From contig NC_062561.1 in assembly GCF_022837055.1 (NCBI RefSeq), positions 552,715 to 616,714 on the forward strand: a DNA stretch of 64,000 bases, in the 5' to 3' direction. How positions within the stretch are numbered: position 1 is the stretch's first letter; the number at the start of each line of letters is the position of its first letter. The stretch is from Prionailurus viverrinus. Its lineage: Eukaryota. This document shows positions 12,306 to 25,672 of the stretch, one piece after another. The position numbers and the translations under genes are program-made. The notes below the pieces were generated by a model, which was given only the letters and a program-made list of their open reading frames with translations, did no database searches and was not told where the DNA came from.

Positions 12306-12920
12306 GCTATTGAACTGCTTGGGTAACCAGCTGTTTATTCATCCACATAAATGTAACAGGTGATTCAGTAACTAGTTTGAACATTAAATTAAGCAAAGGT
12401 TTTAAATAACATGCATTTTGTTTTTCAGGTAAACACTTCAGAGCATCTACAGCAGCCCAGAAGAAGGTTTTCTGTTACATGTAGGCCATTTCAGGCTTAC
12501 TTTTCTTGACTTGTTCTGCAGTTGTGCTGGCGTTTTTTTTCTTACATGTTAAACTACTAGGAATTGTTTGAAAAAAAATAGTTAATAAATATTTGCTTTC
12601 AAGTATTTTCTGGTTTTATTTTACAATAATTTCAAAAGCAAGTATTTTAGGAATATGAAAAAATGTAGTTCATTTTATAACGAATATATATTCAGTTTAA
12701 GTAAGACCTTCTTAGTACAGTTGGAAGCTCCTATAGTGACCTTCCCCAATCATTCTCTTCCCTGAAGAGGTGAACACTGTTGTGATTCTGGTGTTTATTA
12801 TTCTTACGTTCTTATTTTGCTGCATATGAATGCATCCATAAGCAAGATATAGTACGGCTGTGTATATTTTTTTAATGCGTGCACTATCGCACCTTTAATT
12901 TTCTCACTATTGGCACTGTT

Positions 12921-13019
12921 TATCCATGTTGGTATGCAGAGCTCTACTTTATTCACTTCTTTATTCTTCTATCCATGTTGGTATGCAGAGCTCTACTTTA
13001 TTCACTTACTTTATTCTTC
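12921..13019. repeat. Tandem duplication of a ~49-bp unit (tatccatgttggtatgcagagctctactttattcactt[a]ctttattcttc), two copies
   Basis: Direct adjacent repeat with a 1-bp indel, in the interval between the RNF17 and CENPJ 3' ends. Confidence 0.8.
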
Positions 13020-14263
13020 TATCTGTGCACATAATTCTGTTGCTAGATATTTAGACTGTTGCCAGTTTTTTCTCAATTACAAATATGTGTACATGTTACG
13101 GGTTTTCTAGTATATGTACTTAGTAGTGGAATTTACTAGGTCACGAGGTGATTGTTCTCCAAAAGGTGGTTCACTCCATTTACTACCATCAGTAGTCTGA
13201 GTCCCTTGGCAACATGTGGTGTGGCCAGTATATGATACTAGCATAAAAAGGTATCTTATTATTTCAATATGCATTCACTGGTTTAGTAGTCACTTGTTTG
13301 CTTTTTCATATCCTTTGTCCATTTTTGTTTTGTTTGTAATTATGTTATCTGTAGGAATTCTTTACATATTCTGGATATTAATCCTTTGTCAAGTATGTGT
13401 ATATATATATATATATCTTCTAGTCTGTGGCTTATCTTTTCTTTTTTGTGGTATCTTTAGACACACCATTCATCAAGCTGTTAAGGTTTGCGCTGTGCCT
13501 CATTTAAAAATCCTTCTCTATCCTGAGATGATGTATATAACTCTTTATTTGAGAAGTTTGCAACTTTTCTTAAATCATCTGGAATTGATATATTTAGCTT
13601 TTTTAAGGTTATTGTAGTGACTACAGCAACCTGTAATTATTATGTAAGTGCCTTGCAGGTGCCTTGTCCTTCCTTCAAGGACATCTTGCTTCTGTCAGCC
13701 TACAGTTTTATAGGTTATAACATCAGGGTACCTGTGGTTGTTCAGTTAACACCAGCTAGTTATTTTTCACACGCCCTCCATCCTCAAGTGTCCTATTCTG
13801 ACCACTTACGTATCCTCACTGTAACTTTTCTCCTGTGATGCTCTGTACTCACAGAATGAACTCTTCTACCTGTGATGTTTGACCTATTTATATTTATTCA
13901 TGGTTTTAACTTCCCATTCCATTATATTAAAGAACCTCTACAGTAGATAAATGCTTTAATTTTAGTACTAATTGAACACAGTATATTCTGACTGGAGACA
14001 TTCTCTTATTCCTTGACTAAACTTTCTGTGCAAGTCTTGTTCTGTGGCTGATGTGCTCATGAAAAATCTGTGCTATTGTATTTCTTGTACTTCTTGGTTT
14101 TTATAACCATCTTCAACAAGTAAGAGTCTCATTATTTTTACAGTCTACACAGTTCATAAAGTAATATTTCTTTCCTTAGACATGCATTCAACTGTAGAAG
14201 ACAGGTGAATTAAAAATGAAAGCTGTTCTTGTACATTTCAAAGAATATAAAAAACTATGATGT

Positions 14264-14269
14264 TTTATT
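14264..14269 (-). promoter_or_regulatory. CENPJ: AATAAA polyadenylation-signal candidate for CENPJ (TTTATT on the + strand)
   Basis: First AATAAA on the minus strand, about 130 nt downstream of the CENPJ stop at 14395-14397. Confidence 0.35.
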
Positions 14270-14394
14270 TTATAATCCAAACATAATCTCTTCCACTTAT
14301 ATATAAATGAAACCACAGAATCCACAAGAAGTGTACATTTTTTGAGAAGAAAATCAAGTTAGTGTTATTTCATGATGAGTCACATATAGGATCA

Positions 14395-14587
14395 TTACAA
14401 TTTTGTATCCATTAGGATATTACCATCCTTGTCTTTAACTCTTATTCGACCAGATGTGTACTTTGTTTCTTGATGACCATTTGTATATACGGTTTTAACA
14501 GTGCCATCTGGATATTCCCGTCTCTTGAACTGGGCAGTGTGTAGTTCTCTTTGGCCATTATTAAACTCTATGATTTTGTTGCCATCT
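14395..14587 (-). CDS. CENPJ: CENPJ last coding exon ([64 protein letters not shown]), G-box/TCP10 C-terminal domain
   Basis: Acceptor tttaaatttacag|AGATGG (minus strand) and stop TAA at 14395-14397. The translation matches the CENPJ C-terminus almost residue for residue. Confidence 0.85.
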
Positions 14588-14805
14588 CTGTAAATTTAAA
14601 ATAGAATTTATTTAAAAATATTAAATATGTAACAGGAAAATGATCTAAAAGTGGCTTTTGATTCTGACAGTTCTCTCTTTTCTTAAAGCCTCCTGTGGTC
14701 CCTTCCTTATACAATGCCTTCTTTGCAAATTCTTTCCACCCTGTTTCTGCTTCACGCTATTAGTTCCAATGATCAAATTAGCACTTAAATGTGCCCATGA
14801 AAAGG

Positions 14806-15030
14806 GGGACGCCTGGGTGGCTCAGTCAGTTAAGCGTCAGACTTCAGCTCAGGTCATCCCATGGCTCCTGAGTTTGAGCCCCGTGTCAGGCTCTATGCAG
14901 TGATAGCTCAGAGCCTGGAGCCTGCTTCGGATTCTGTCTCTTCTCTCTGCCCCTCTCCTGCTCCCGCTCTGTCCCTGTCTCTCTCTCTCTCAAAAATAAA
15001 CATTAAAAAAATAATAAAAAAGGAAAGGTG
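14806..15030 (+). mobile_element. Carnivore SINE
   Basis: GGGGACGCCTGGGTGGCTCAGTCAGTTAAGCGTCAGACTTCAGCTCAGG...CTCAAAAATAAACATTAAAAAAA. Confidence 0.9.
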
Positions 15031-15753
15031 CCCATGAAAAGTTTTTAATAAATTTATGTCGTGAAACTACAAAATCCTTAGGTTTGTTTTTTAACTTTAG
15101 ATGTATTATGCATCTAAGAAAAACTGGGCATTGTATTAAAATACCGCTTTCAGTTTTTACCTTTATTCTTTTCACTAAGTAATGCTTGCTCTTTATCAGG
15201 TTGGAAAAGAGACTTTATATTCCTGGGAAGTGGCATGACTAGACTTAAGACCTGTTCAGAAGCCGTGAAACAAAAGAAGCAGTTAATCCCAAGTGGACTG
15301 CTTGATGTGCATGCAGGACATTCAAACTGAACCCCCTAAAAATAGGTATGATGTGCTGTTAGAAACAAAGCAAGGTTTATAGATGGTAAATTACCACTTC
15401 TCCACACTGTTTTTTTGGTTATTTCTCAGATTTTATGTAAATATAGTGGCTTTGCGCCACATTTAAGTGTTAGACTTAAAAGCCATTTTGAGAGCCACTG
15501 CTTTATCATGTGCAGCCCTGGGACCAGGGATAACAGCATCACCTGAGACCTCATTAAAAATGCAAATTATCGGCATGGGGCCTAGCATTCTGCAATTGAA
15601 CAGTCCCTTCAGGTGGTTTTAATGCACAGTGAAGTTGAAGAACCACTGCTATAAATCAAAAATGCCAAAATAATCCTGAATGAACTAATATCTGACATTT
15701 GCCTGAGTTTAGATGAAAAAAGACTGGCCATGAGTTAACAACTGTTGGAAAAT

Positions 15754-15955
15754 GGGGGCGCCTGGGTGGCTCAGTCGGTTGAGCGTCCGACTTCAGCTCA
15801 GGTCAGGACCTCACAGTTGACGAGTTCAAGCCCCGCATCGGGCTCTGTGCTGATGGCTCGGGGCCTGGAGCCTGCCTCTGATTCTGTCTCCCTTTCTCTC
15901 TGCCCCTCCCCCACTCGTGCTCTGTCTCTGTCTCAAAAATAAACATAAAAAAAAA
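15754..15955 (+). mobile_element. Carnivore SINE
   Basis: SINEC consensus. Confidence 0.9.
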
Positions 15956-16903
15956 TTTTTTTTAAATTGTTGGAAAATGAACAGATGAGTACATGGAGGT
16001 TTTCATATTTTCTTTTTATTACAGAAAATTTCAAACATAAGACTTAAAAAAAAAAAAGATGGAAGTCTCTGAAATTGTTCAGAGTATAATGTACAGATAA
16101 AATTTTTCGCAAATTTTAGAAGACATTGGTATTTATTTGGTTGAGCAGCAGAGAAAGTTTCGAACCATATTCAGGAAAAACACTGCATAAGAAGTTGCTA
16201 CATTATTTGAATTAGCGTTTACTTTTTTTTTTTTTGCTGTGTCACAGAATTCAAGTTAGTTAAATGCATGCACACTCTAGGAGAGGAGGGTGCAAACTAA
16301 AGTAGGACAGTGAACTTGACAAACCTTCAGCACAGTGAGCACAAGAAACTCTGTATTATGGATTGAAGACGTCACTAGGAAGAATTCTCTAACTTCAAGA
16401 AATGTAACACTCAGAAGGATAAAGAGGTTGTTATTTTAAAAAATTGAGTCAGGGAGGCCAGGGAAGTAAAATGCTAATCAGGCTGGGACAGGGAGATCCA
16501 GCAAATCAAAATATAAGCCAGAGAAGAAATAAACAGTCTAATTCAAATACTGCTGCCATTGTTTGGTTATTCTTAAATACTGGGCAGCTTTCCTTCTTTG
16601 TGTCTTATTCACTGTTTTCCAGTTTCACCAAATTTAATTCTGTACAAATACTTGCCATTCCCCTTTTGTCATGTGCTATACAGACCTCCTTTAAGTTTCT
16701 GTAGAGTATATATTAGAACCTATACGTCTCTAACGAGATATAAACTCCAAAATGCTGAAAACTCTTCACCTGGTCTCAAAGTGTGTATCTGTGCTCAGTG
16801 CTAAACTCACAAACATTCTGAATGACTTATACAAATGTTTTAAGACTTTCAAAATTCACTTGGAAATAGAAGTTGAAAATTGACAAATCTAGAAGCAAAT
16901 TTA

Positions 16904-17041
<138 letters not shown>

Positions 17042-17089
17042 TTAAAAAAAATTACTATAAATATTTTTATTTATTTTATTTTTCTGGTT

Positions 17090-17283
17090 TTTTTTTTAAA
17101 GTTTATTCAGTTTTTAGAGAGACAGCGTGAGCAGTGGAAGGGCAGAGAGGGGAGGACAGAGGATGCAAAGCAGGCTCTGTGCTAACAGCAGCGAGCCTGA
17201 TGTAGGGCTTGAACTCACGAACTGTGAGATCATGGCCTGAGCTGAGGTTAGATGCTCAACTGACTCAGCTACACAGGTGCCCC
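17090..17283 (-). mobile_element. Carnivore SINE (in a CENPJ intron)
   Basis: SINEC consensus in reverse orientation. Confidence 0.85.
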
Positions 17284-17286
17284 TTA

Positions 17287-17696
<410 letters not shown>

Positions 17697-17746
17697 TCTC
17701 TGGAAATGTTTAAGCCATGTAGAAAAACACTGCTATGTAAACCTAC

Positions 17747-17887
17747 CACTCTCTCATCTGGCATGACTTGCTTCACATCACCATTAAAGAAAGTGACGGT
17801 GACAGTCTTCCCATCTGCACTCACTTCTTTTCGAGTTCCATTTGGAAACAATATAACATGGCACCCATTCTTATAAACCTTTTCTAT
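17747..17887 (-). CDS. CENPJ: CENPJ exon ([47 protein letters not shown])
   Basis: Acceptor tctctttttttgtag|ATAGAA and donor GAGAGTG|gtaggt. 141 nt. Matches the G-box region of CENPJ. Confidence 0.85.
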
Positions 17888-18114
17888 CTACAAAAAAAGA
17901 GAAACAAGATTATCAATATGACAGATTTCCTCCTGAGACCAGATGATAAAAATGTCCCTAACTCTTTTCCAAATTGACTACTTTGATATCTCTCATAATA
18001 CAAGCAACATTGTCACAAAAGGAGAAAAGTTAATAAACTCCCAAGTATCAACACACCACCATTCTTATGTCACCTATTCTACCAAAACCAACTCATTTTT
18101 TGCTGAATTTTCTT

Positions 18115-19640
18115 TTTTTAGAGTATAGTTGACTGTACACAATATTAGTGTCAGGTGTACAACATAGTGATCTTACAAGTCTATCCATTCTGCTCTGCTC
18201 ACTTGTGGCTTTCCCATCGGTCTCCCAACTATTACAATATCATCAACTATATTCCCTGTGCTGCACCTTTCATCCCCATCCCCATGATTTATTCATTCCC
18301 TAACTGGAAGCCTGTTTTTCCCACTCCCCTTGACCCATTTTGTCCATCCCCCGACCCCTTCCCCTCTGGCAACCATCAGTTTATTCTCTGTATTTATAGG
18401 TCTGATTCTGCTTTTGGTTTATTTATTTAATTTTTTAGATTCCACATGAGTGAAATCATATGATACTCAGTCTGACTTATACCATCCAGGTCCATCCATG
18501 TGGTTGCAGATGGCAAGATCACATCCTTTTTATGGCTGTGTGATATTCCTCTGTGTGTGTGTGATATTCCTCTGTGTGATATTCCTCTGACACATACACA
18601 CACACATCTTCCTTATCCATTTATTAATGTACACTTAGTTTGCTTCCATAAATTGGCTACTGTAAATAATGCTGCAGTAAACATAGGGGCACATACATCT
18701 TTTCAAATTCAGGTCTTCGTTTTCTTTGGGTAAATATCCAGTAGTGGAATTACTGGATCATACAGTATTTCTATTTTAAACTTTTTTAGGAACCTCCGTA
18801 CTGTTTCCACAGTGACTGCACCACTTTGCATTCCCATCAACAGTGTACAAAAGGGTTCGTTTTTCCCCACATCCTCATTAACACTTTTTTGTCTTTTATT
18901 TCAGGCATTCTGACAGGTGTAAAGTGATATCTCCTTGTGGTTTTGATTTGCATTTCCCTGACAGTGATGATGAGCATCTTTTCATGTGTCATCAGTATGT
19001 CGTCTTCGGAAAAATGCATTCACATCCTCTGCCCATTTTTTAACTGGATTATTTGTTGTTTGGGTGTTGAGTCGTATAAGTTCTTCATATATTTTGGATA
19101 TTAACACCTTATCAGATATATAATTTGCAAATACCTTCTCCCATTCAGTAAGTTGCCTTTTGTTTTGTTATTGGTTCTCTTTGCTGTGTGCAAATGCTGT
19201 GTGCAAAAGCTTTTTATTTTGGTGTAGTCCCAATAGTTTATTTTTGCTTTTGTTTCTCTTGTCTTAAGAGACATATCTGGAAAAATGTTGCTATGTCCAA
19301 TGTCGAAGAAAGTACCGCCTGTGTTCTCTTCAAGTACTTTTATAGTTTTAGGTCTCACATTTAGGTCTTTAATCCATTTTGAGTTTGTTTTTATGTATGG
19401 TATAAATAAGTGGCCCAGTTTCATTCTTTGCTGGTAGCTGTCCAGTTTTCCTAACGCCATTTATTGAAGAGACTATCTTTTCCCCATTGGATATTCTAGC
19501 CTCATTTGTCAAGATTAACTGACCGTATAAGTATGGGTTTATTTCTGGGCTGTCTATTCGGTCCCATTGATCTAGGTGTCTATTTTTGTAACAAACTAAT
19601 TCCTTCATCATGGTATAACCTCCATGCTGTTTTCTCTGAA
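18115..19640 (-). mobile_element. LINE-1 3' portion (ORF2 C-terminal half plus 3'UTR), older subfamily
   Basis: Minus-strand ORFs at 19101-19460 and 18837-19019 give L1 ORF2 motifs. A small internal 3x tandem (gtgtgatattcctct) lies at 18528-18590. Confidence 0.8.
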
Positions 19641-20890
19641 TTCATGAAAAAGACTTTTTACAGTTTATTTGATCAAAACAGGGTCACATACAACACTTGA
19701 TATATGTCTTAAATCTCAACCTTTAACAGTCCCTGCCCTGCCCCTTTTTAATGATAATTACTTATTAAAGGACCTGGGTCATTAACCATATAAAATTTCC
19801 CACACTCTGGAATTGGTTGACTGCTTTCCCATTATGGTGTCATCTAACATGTTCTCATATATCCTTATACTTCCTGGAAACAAACTAGTAGTTACATCTA
19901 GAGGTGTGATTAAATTCTGGTTGAATTATTCTGACAAGAATACTCTCTAGGAACTGATGAGAGCTGCTTATAGCTACACATTCAGAAGGCAATCCCCTGC
20001 TGTCCTCATGAACTCAAGACCATCTGAGTCACATTAGTTAGATCTGCCATGAAGCCCCATCAACCTGTCATCCATGGGTTCATGGTTTTTCATGACTACT
20101 GCCCAGAACCTGTATTTCAATTAGAGATTGCAAAGTGATGATTCTCAAGTTTTCTCATTCCTTTTCCATTTATTAGCTAGAATTCTTCTTAAAAAAAACA
20201 CCTTTTCCTGTACCAACTCTGCTTTAGTATAACAAATTACTGGTGGGAAAGTCTAACTACTTCCTTTGACTATTGTTATTTTGTCCTTTCTCACTCCTCA
20301 AGACTAGCAGTGAATTTTGGCTTTATCATTTCAATTAAAATGGGTCAAATTAAGGTATTCAGAAAAGTACATTTTCTATAAACCTGAGGAAAAACTACCT
20401 CATTCCCTCCCTGCTAACAAACCCTGTTTATGTCCCCCTTCCCTTTTCATTCTTGCTTCTAGCTGGAACACTAAGCCAGGTGATTTCCTGCTCAAAACCT
20501 TTCCTAAGCACAAGAATAAAACTGTGCAGCTAGAGATGGACAGAAAGGCTGCAGGAAGGATAAGGCCTAGAACAGAGGCTTTTAAAAAGTACCAAAGATT
20601 ACAAAGGCTTTTTAGCTATGTTTAGAGAAAGAACAGAGTTTAAACAAAGAACTGTATTCCCTCCTTTGCTGTATCCCTAAACTAGAAAGGGCAACTAAAT
20701 GCCTGTGTGTGTCTAGCATTTTTAGGAGTCCAAAGACTCAAGCTAAGGTCACACCCCAAGGAACTAAAGTTCGTAAGGTCCCTCAGTGGTCTTGAAGATC
20801 AATTATTTTAGAATCTTAAGTGTTCCAATTCTACTTTAACCTATACTTATTTCTTATAATACTCATTATTTAAAAAAAAAAAAGTTTAAC

Positions 20891-21010
20891 CTTTCCATCA
20901 GGATGACTGATTTCTCCCTGGATTTCTTCTTTTTCCTCTTTTTTGTCATCCTTTTTATATTTGGGATCTGAAAGGTCCACTGATTCAGGGGGCTCCCTGG
21001 GTGAGGCAGT
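20891..21010 (-). CDS. CENPJ: CENPJ exon ([40 protein letters not shown])
   Basis: Acceptor gtccttacag|ACTGCC and donor GGAAAG|gttaaa. 120 nt, phase 0-0. Matches human ...[37 protein letters not shown]. Confidence 0.8.
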
Positions 21011-21159
21011 CTGTAAGGACAAAAGGCTCTCTTTCATCTGTCATAAAGGACATGTAATAACATTTCAAGCAGCTAAAATTTACATTTATTTCCGAATGCC
21101 AGATTCTCCTATTATAGGATTTGACAGCTAGCATTTGGTGTTTATAAAAAACATTTACA

Positions 21160-21390
21160 GGGCGCCTGGGTGGCTTAGTCGGTTAAGCGTCAGACTTCGG
21201 CTCAGGTCATGATCTCACAGTTCTTGGGTTCAAGCCCCACATCGGGCTCTGTGCTGACAGCTTAGAGCCTGGAGCCTGCTTCAAATTCTATGCCTCCCTC
21301 TTTCTGCTCCTCCCCCACTCATGCTCTGTCTCTCTCTCCTTCAAAAATAAATAAAAACATTAAAAAATAAAAAATAAAAAAAACATTTAC
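21160..21390 (+). mobile_element. Carnivore SINE with TSD
   Basis: SINEC consensus flanked by direct repeats AAAAACATTTACA (before 21159, after ~21380). Confidence 0.9.
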
Positions 21391-21500
21391 AATGTTAGGT
21401 AAAAAACCTTTATAAATGGTTTAGAAACTTAAGTCAGTTAACTAAGCAGTTTCAAGCCTGAGTAATCTATGTTTAAATATATAAAAATATAGAGATTTAC

Positions 21501-21565
21501 TTGTCCCTTATCCAAATTGCCTAAGTCACGAGGAGGCACAGTCTTGGATCTTCGAGATGGATTAC
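21501..21565 (-). CDS. CENPJ: CENPJ exon core ([22 protein letters not shown]). The 5' boundary is uncertain because the open frame continues upstream to about 21663.
   Basis: Donor GGACAA|gtaaat. Candidate acceptor ttatattctaacag|GTAATCC at 21566-21567. Matches human [22 protein letters not shown]. The upstream in-frame extension reads ...[20 protein letters not shown], which aligns loosely with human ...VRFQNSQ...KKNYLPMQG. Confidence 0.65.
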
Positions 21566-22724
21566 CTGTTAGAATATAATTGTCGGAGTTAGTTTTCATA
21601 TTTAATTGAAAGTTTTAAATTTACTTAATATTATGGTCAAATATTTCCTTAGTTCATATCCTTTTGTGAACTACTATCCTTTACCCATCAGCTAAGGAAG
21701 TCTTAATATTTTTCTTTACTAATTCATAGGAGTTCATTATAGAACTTCAAATATTTATTCAGGCACTTAAGTCCAGTGTGACCCAAGAAAGACAAGGACA
21801 ATATCCACCTTCTGAGAATTTACAATCTGGAGGAACAGACAGGTGCTCAACTAACCTAACAGATGAATCCAAAGGTATTTTGGAGCTAATCACAAGGACT
21901 TTAGTTAGAGGTTAGATGTAGGGTAGATATAATAGAGGCATCCAAGAATACATCTCGAATTTTGCTTGACAAAATAACTGGGTATTAAAATCCAGACCTA
22001 ATTGCTGTGGTTTAAACTGTTTAGGTTATGACCAGCACACCAATCATATACTATATTAGTAATACATACGTTATAGAATAAGTGTATACACATATACACA
22101 CACTCACCAACAACAAATTAAGGTGAATTTTAAAAAATATACTGACATTCTAATATTTTTTTCCTATGATGCCCAAGGGGAGGGTGGGTGATGGGCATTG
22201 AGGAGGGCACCTGTTGGGATGAGCACTGGGTGTTGTATGGAAAACAGTGTGACAATAAATTTCATATTAAAAAAAAACAAAAAAACCATGCCCAAAATTT
22301 GCAAGTTTGTTTCAAGTACGTGCCACTGGATGCTACACAGAGAGCACACTAAAGAACAGAAGCAGAGTCCATTCAGGCAGTTGGCGGGCATCTGAGAAGG
22401 CTTGTGCAGTACCCAGGGAGACAGAAATGTTCTGACTGCACTGTGTTAAATCACTGATAGGTTCCAAAGAGCTGGGTTTCATATGGTTCAACCTAATTAA
22501 TCAATTCAGAAACTATCAACATCAGAAGGATTAGTTTAGAGATCCCTGGGAGTGCATTTTGGCTTGGGCAAACGGGTAGATGGTAGATGGTTCTGGGGAC
22601 GAGAGGAATGCTCTGTTTTGATGTGATAAACGAAGAACAATTGCCGGTACCTTACTTACATGTGCAAAGTAAGCTCTGTTGGACCTCACTCCTAAATGTT
22701 TTAACCATCCTCCATAGAAAAGAC

Positions 22725-22830
22725 TAATATCCCCATTTTAGAGGTAAGGAAAACGAGGCTGAGGTTAAATAATGTACCAAAGTTGTCAGCTAATAAAGCA
22801 AACCAGGATTCAATCCTATGAAGCTTAATT
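22725..22830 (+). repeat. MIR (mammalian-wide interspersed repeat) fragment
   Basis: ccccattttagaggtaaggaaaacgaggctgaggttaaataatgtaccaaagttgtcagctaataaagcaaaccaggattcaatcc, which resembles the MIR core. Confidence 0.6.
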
Positions 22831-24666
22831 CTTCTCTCAAGCTGTTCATGAGCAGGAACTGGAAGCCTCTAAGCAAAGACCCACTGAGAGGACCAGGACA
22901 CATGAGCAGGACATGGAGCTCTGACTCCTGAGTCTGTGTTCACTACTTTGAGTATAAATATACCTTATAAAATTACATGTCTTATAAAAGTTGGGACAGA
23001 TTAAATTATTTAATAAACAGTGCTGGAATAGCTAGATATAGACAATATAGGAGGATAGGTTTATGACCGCAAGATAGGGAAGACTTAAGAAGCACCACCC
23101 GTAAAGTAAAAAAACTGAAATTCAACAACATTAAGAATCTTGGGAATTGTGGGTAACTGTAAGGTACCATCAAGCATCATGGCAGTATAAGTCATTCCTT
23201 TTTTCCTTCCCTTTTTAAACAACTAATTAGACATCTATAACCAAATGAAAGTACCTCAGCACCTCACACCAAGGGATCTGGGAGCTTTCCTGCCCACCTG
23301 GGCATCCAAAAATAGGACCTCAGTAAGGGATGCATATCCAAGGGAGTTAGTGAACCTGCCCGTCCCCATTCACCATGACTGGAAAAGAAACCCAGAGAGC
23401 ACAAACCTTGGTGGATACTCACAGACAAAAGAGAATTTGCAGAAGTCTAGTCCACCCTGAGGGGAGATTCCAACATGCCACTGGAACAGGACAGCGATGA
23501 GTTTGGATGCAGAGAGGGAGGAACTTGCCAGAGCTGCTCCCCTCCCCAGGGAGACGCAGCATGCTAAGTTGTTTGGCAGTGGCAGTAACAACCTCTCCAA
23601 AGGAAGTGATAGCAAAGCAAAAGCAACAAGTGACTGCCCAGCTAGGCCAGTTACATGGGTTGTGGCTAAAGAAACATCTGTCTCCAACAGCACCCAGATC
23701 TCTGAGGAGAGATCCCCATGACTTGGAGAAGGAAAGAGAAAGGGAAGGAAGCATACTAGAATATCAAAGGTCATTACAGGAATGTTGTTCCTGCTGTCTG
23801 CTTCAGCACTTCAACATGAAGTCCAGAGCCAACAAGCCTCTGGTAGTACCCCACTCAGGCCCACAGGCACCCCCAAAGCCCAAGTGCTAAACCCACACCT
23901 CTCCTAACTCTGCTACCAGCTCCTTATGTGCCCTCCCAACTACAACCAAAGAGCAAGATTCAGTAAACAGGGAGCATGCTCAGAAAATAGGCCACAGTTG
24001 GTGAGCAGGGGAATAACTACAAATTTGGGCCATTTTACCACCTTCTGGAATACAGAAGAATGGTTTCTAACAGCTAGACTGGTGAACTATAAAAACCAAA
24101 GAAATCATAAAAACTAAGAAGGTATCTGCTATTTCAAATGGGAAAGCAGAAGTCCATAGCTACAAACAGTATAAAAAATTAAGGAAACATGGCATCACAA
24201 AAAGAAACTAATAGGTTTCTAGCAACAAAACTCAAAGGCATGAAATACCACATCTGATAAAGAATTCAAAATTGCTCTTGTGAAGAAATTCAACAAGTTA
24301 CAAGAAAACTCAAAGACAATTCCATGACGTCATGGAATAAAATTAATGAACAGGAGTTCTTTACAAAACAGACTGAAATTATAAACAAAAACCAAACAAA
24401 TTCTGGACCTGAAGAATTCAACAAATGAGATGAAGATGCAATAGAAAGCATCTGTAGCAGAGCAGAACACATGGAAGAGAAAATAAGTGACTTGGAGGAC
24501 AGGAATATAGAAATAACAACAGAAGAGGCATAGGAACTAAGATGAAGAAAGAGTGAGGAAAGCCAACAAGAGCTATGAGATTCCACCAGAGAGCCAAATA
24601 TTGGAAGAATTGGGGTTCCACAAGAAGAGAAGGGACAGAGAGTTTATTTAAAGAAACCATAGCTGA

Positions 24667-24895
24667 GGAGCACCTGGGTGGCTCAGTTGGTTAAGCATCC
24701 AATCTTGGCTCAGGTCATGATCTCATTGTTTGTGAGTTCAAGCCCCACATCAGGCTCTGTACTGACAGGTCAGAGCCTGGAGCCTGCTTCAGATTCTGAG
24801 TCTCCCTGTCTCTGTGGCCCTCCGCCACTTGTGCTTGCTCGCTCTCTCTCTCTCTCTCTCTCAGAAATAATAAATGAATAAACTTTAAAAAATAA
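24667..24895 (+). mobile_element. Carnivore SINE inserted in the L1
   Basis: SINEC consensus with a (CT)n stretch in its tail. Confidence 0.9.
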
Positions 24896-25086
24896 AATAC
24901 AGAAATAAGAGCTGAGAACCTGTCAAACATGGACAAGGACTTGAACAAACAAGTCCATGAAACTAATAGGACACCCTATTACCTTAATGCAAGACCTTCT
25001 CCAAGATACATTATAATGAAACTGTGAAAAATTAATCACAAAGAAGAATCTTAAAGGCAGCCAGGAGAAGAAGAAGAAAAAAAAAA

Positions 25087-25125
25087 GGTAACATACAAAC
25101 CCCCCCCCCCCCCAAAAAAAACCCC
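25087..25125 (+). repeat. C14 homopolymer followed by an A-run
   Basis: aaacccccccccccccccaaaaaaaacccc. Confidence 0.9.
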
Positions 25126-25442
25126 AAGACAAACCAAATGAGGCTACCAGTGGATTTCTCAGCAGAAACTCTACAGGCCTGGAGACAGTGGAATGACATA
25201 TTCAAAGTGATGAAAGATAAAAATTGCCAGCCAAGAATATTATATCCAGGAAAATTATCCTTCAGATATGAAGGAGAAATAAAGGCTTTCTCAGATAAAC
25301 AAAAGCAGAGGGAGTTTAATCACCTGCTGTGTAAGAAATGCTGAAAACAACTCTTCAAGCTGAAACAAAAAGATGCTAATCAGCATCATGAAAACATGTA
25401 AAAGCAAACAACACAATGGTAAAGATGAAAAATTTATAATCA

Positions 25443-25672
25443 GGGGCGCCTGGGTGGCTCAGTCAGTTGAGCATCCGACTTCGGCTCAGGTCATGATCTC
25501 ACAGTTCGTGGGTTCGAGCCCCGCGTCGGGCTCTGTGCTGACAGCTCAGAGCCTGGAGCCTGCTTCCGATTCTGTGCCTCCCTCTCTCCCTCTGCCCCTC
25601 CCCTGCTCATGCTCTGTCTCTCTGCCTCTCAAAAATAAAGAAACGTAATAAAAAAATAAAAAAAAAAAAGAA
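25443..25672 (+). mobile_element. Carnivore SINE with TSD, inserted in the L1
   Basis: Flanking direct repeat AAAAATTTATAATC on both sides. Confidence 0.9.

Noticed and set aside
22660-22691. Possible 32-nt micro-exon on the minus strand (acceptor catttag|GAGTGAGG, perfect donor CACAT|gtaagt) considered as the missing CENPJ exon
   Set aside because: Neither possible phase supplies the G needed for the Gly codon at the next exon. The translation (…SEVQQSLLCT / VRSNRAYFAH) does not resemble the missing linker. It lies next to a MIR fragment. It is left as unsupported.
23370-23890. Overlapping 100-130 aa ORFs on both strands
   Set aside because: They fall in the decayed 5'UTR of the old L1 (23230-28135). 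There is no homology or splice support.
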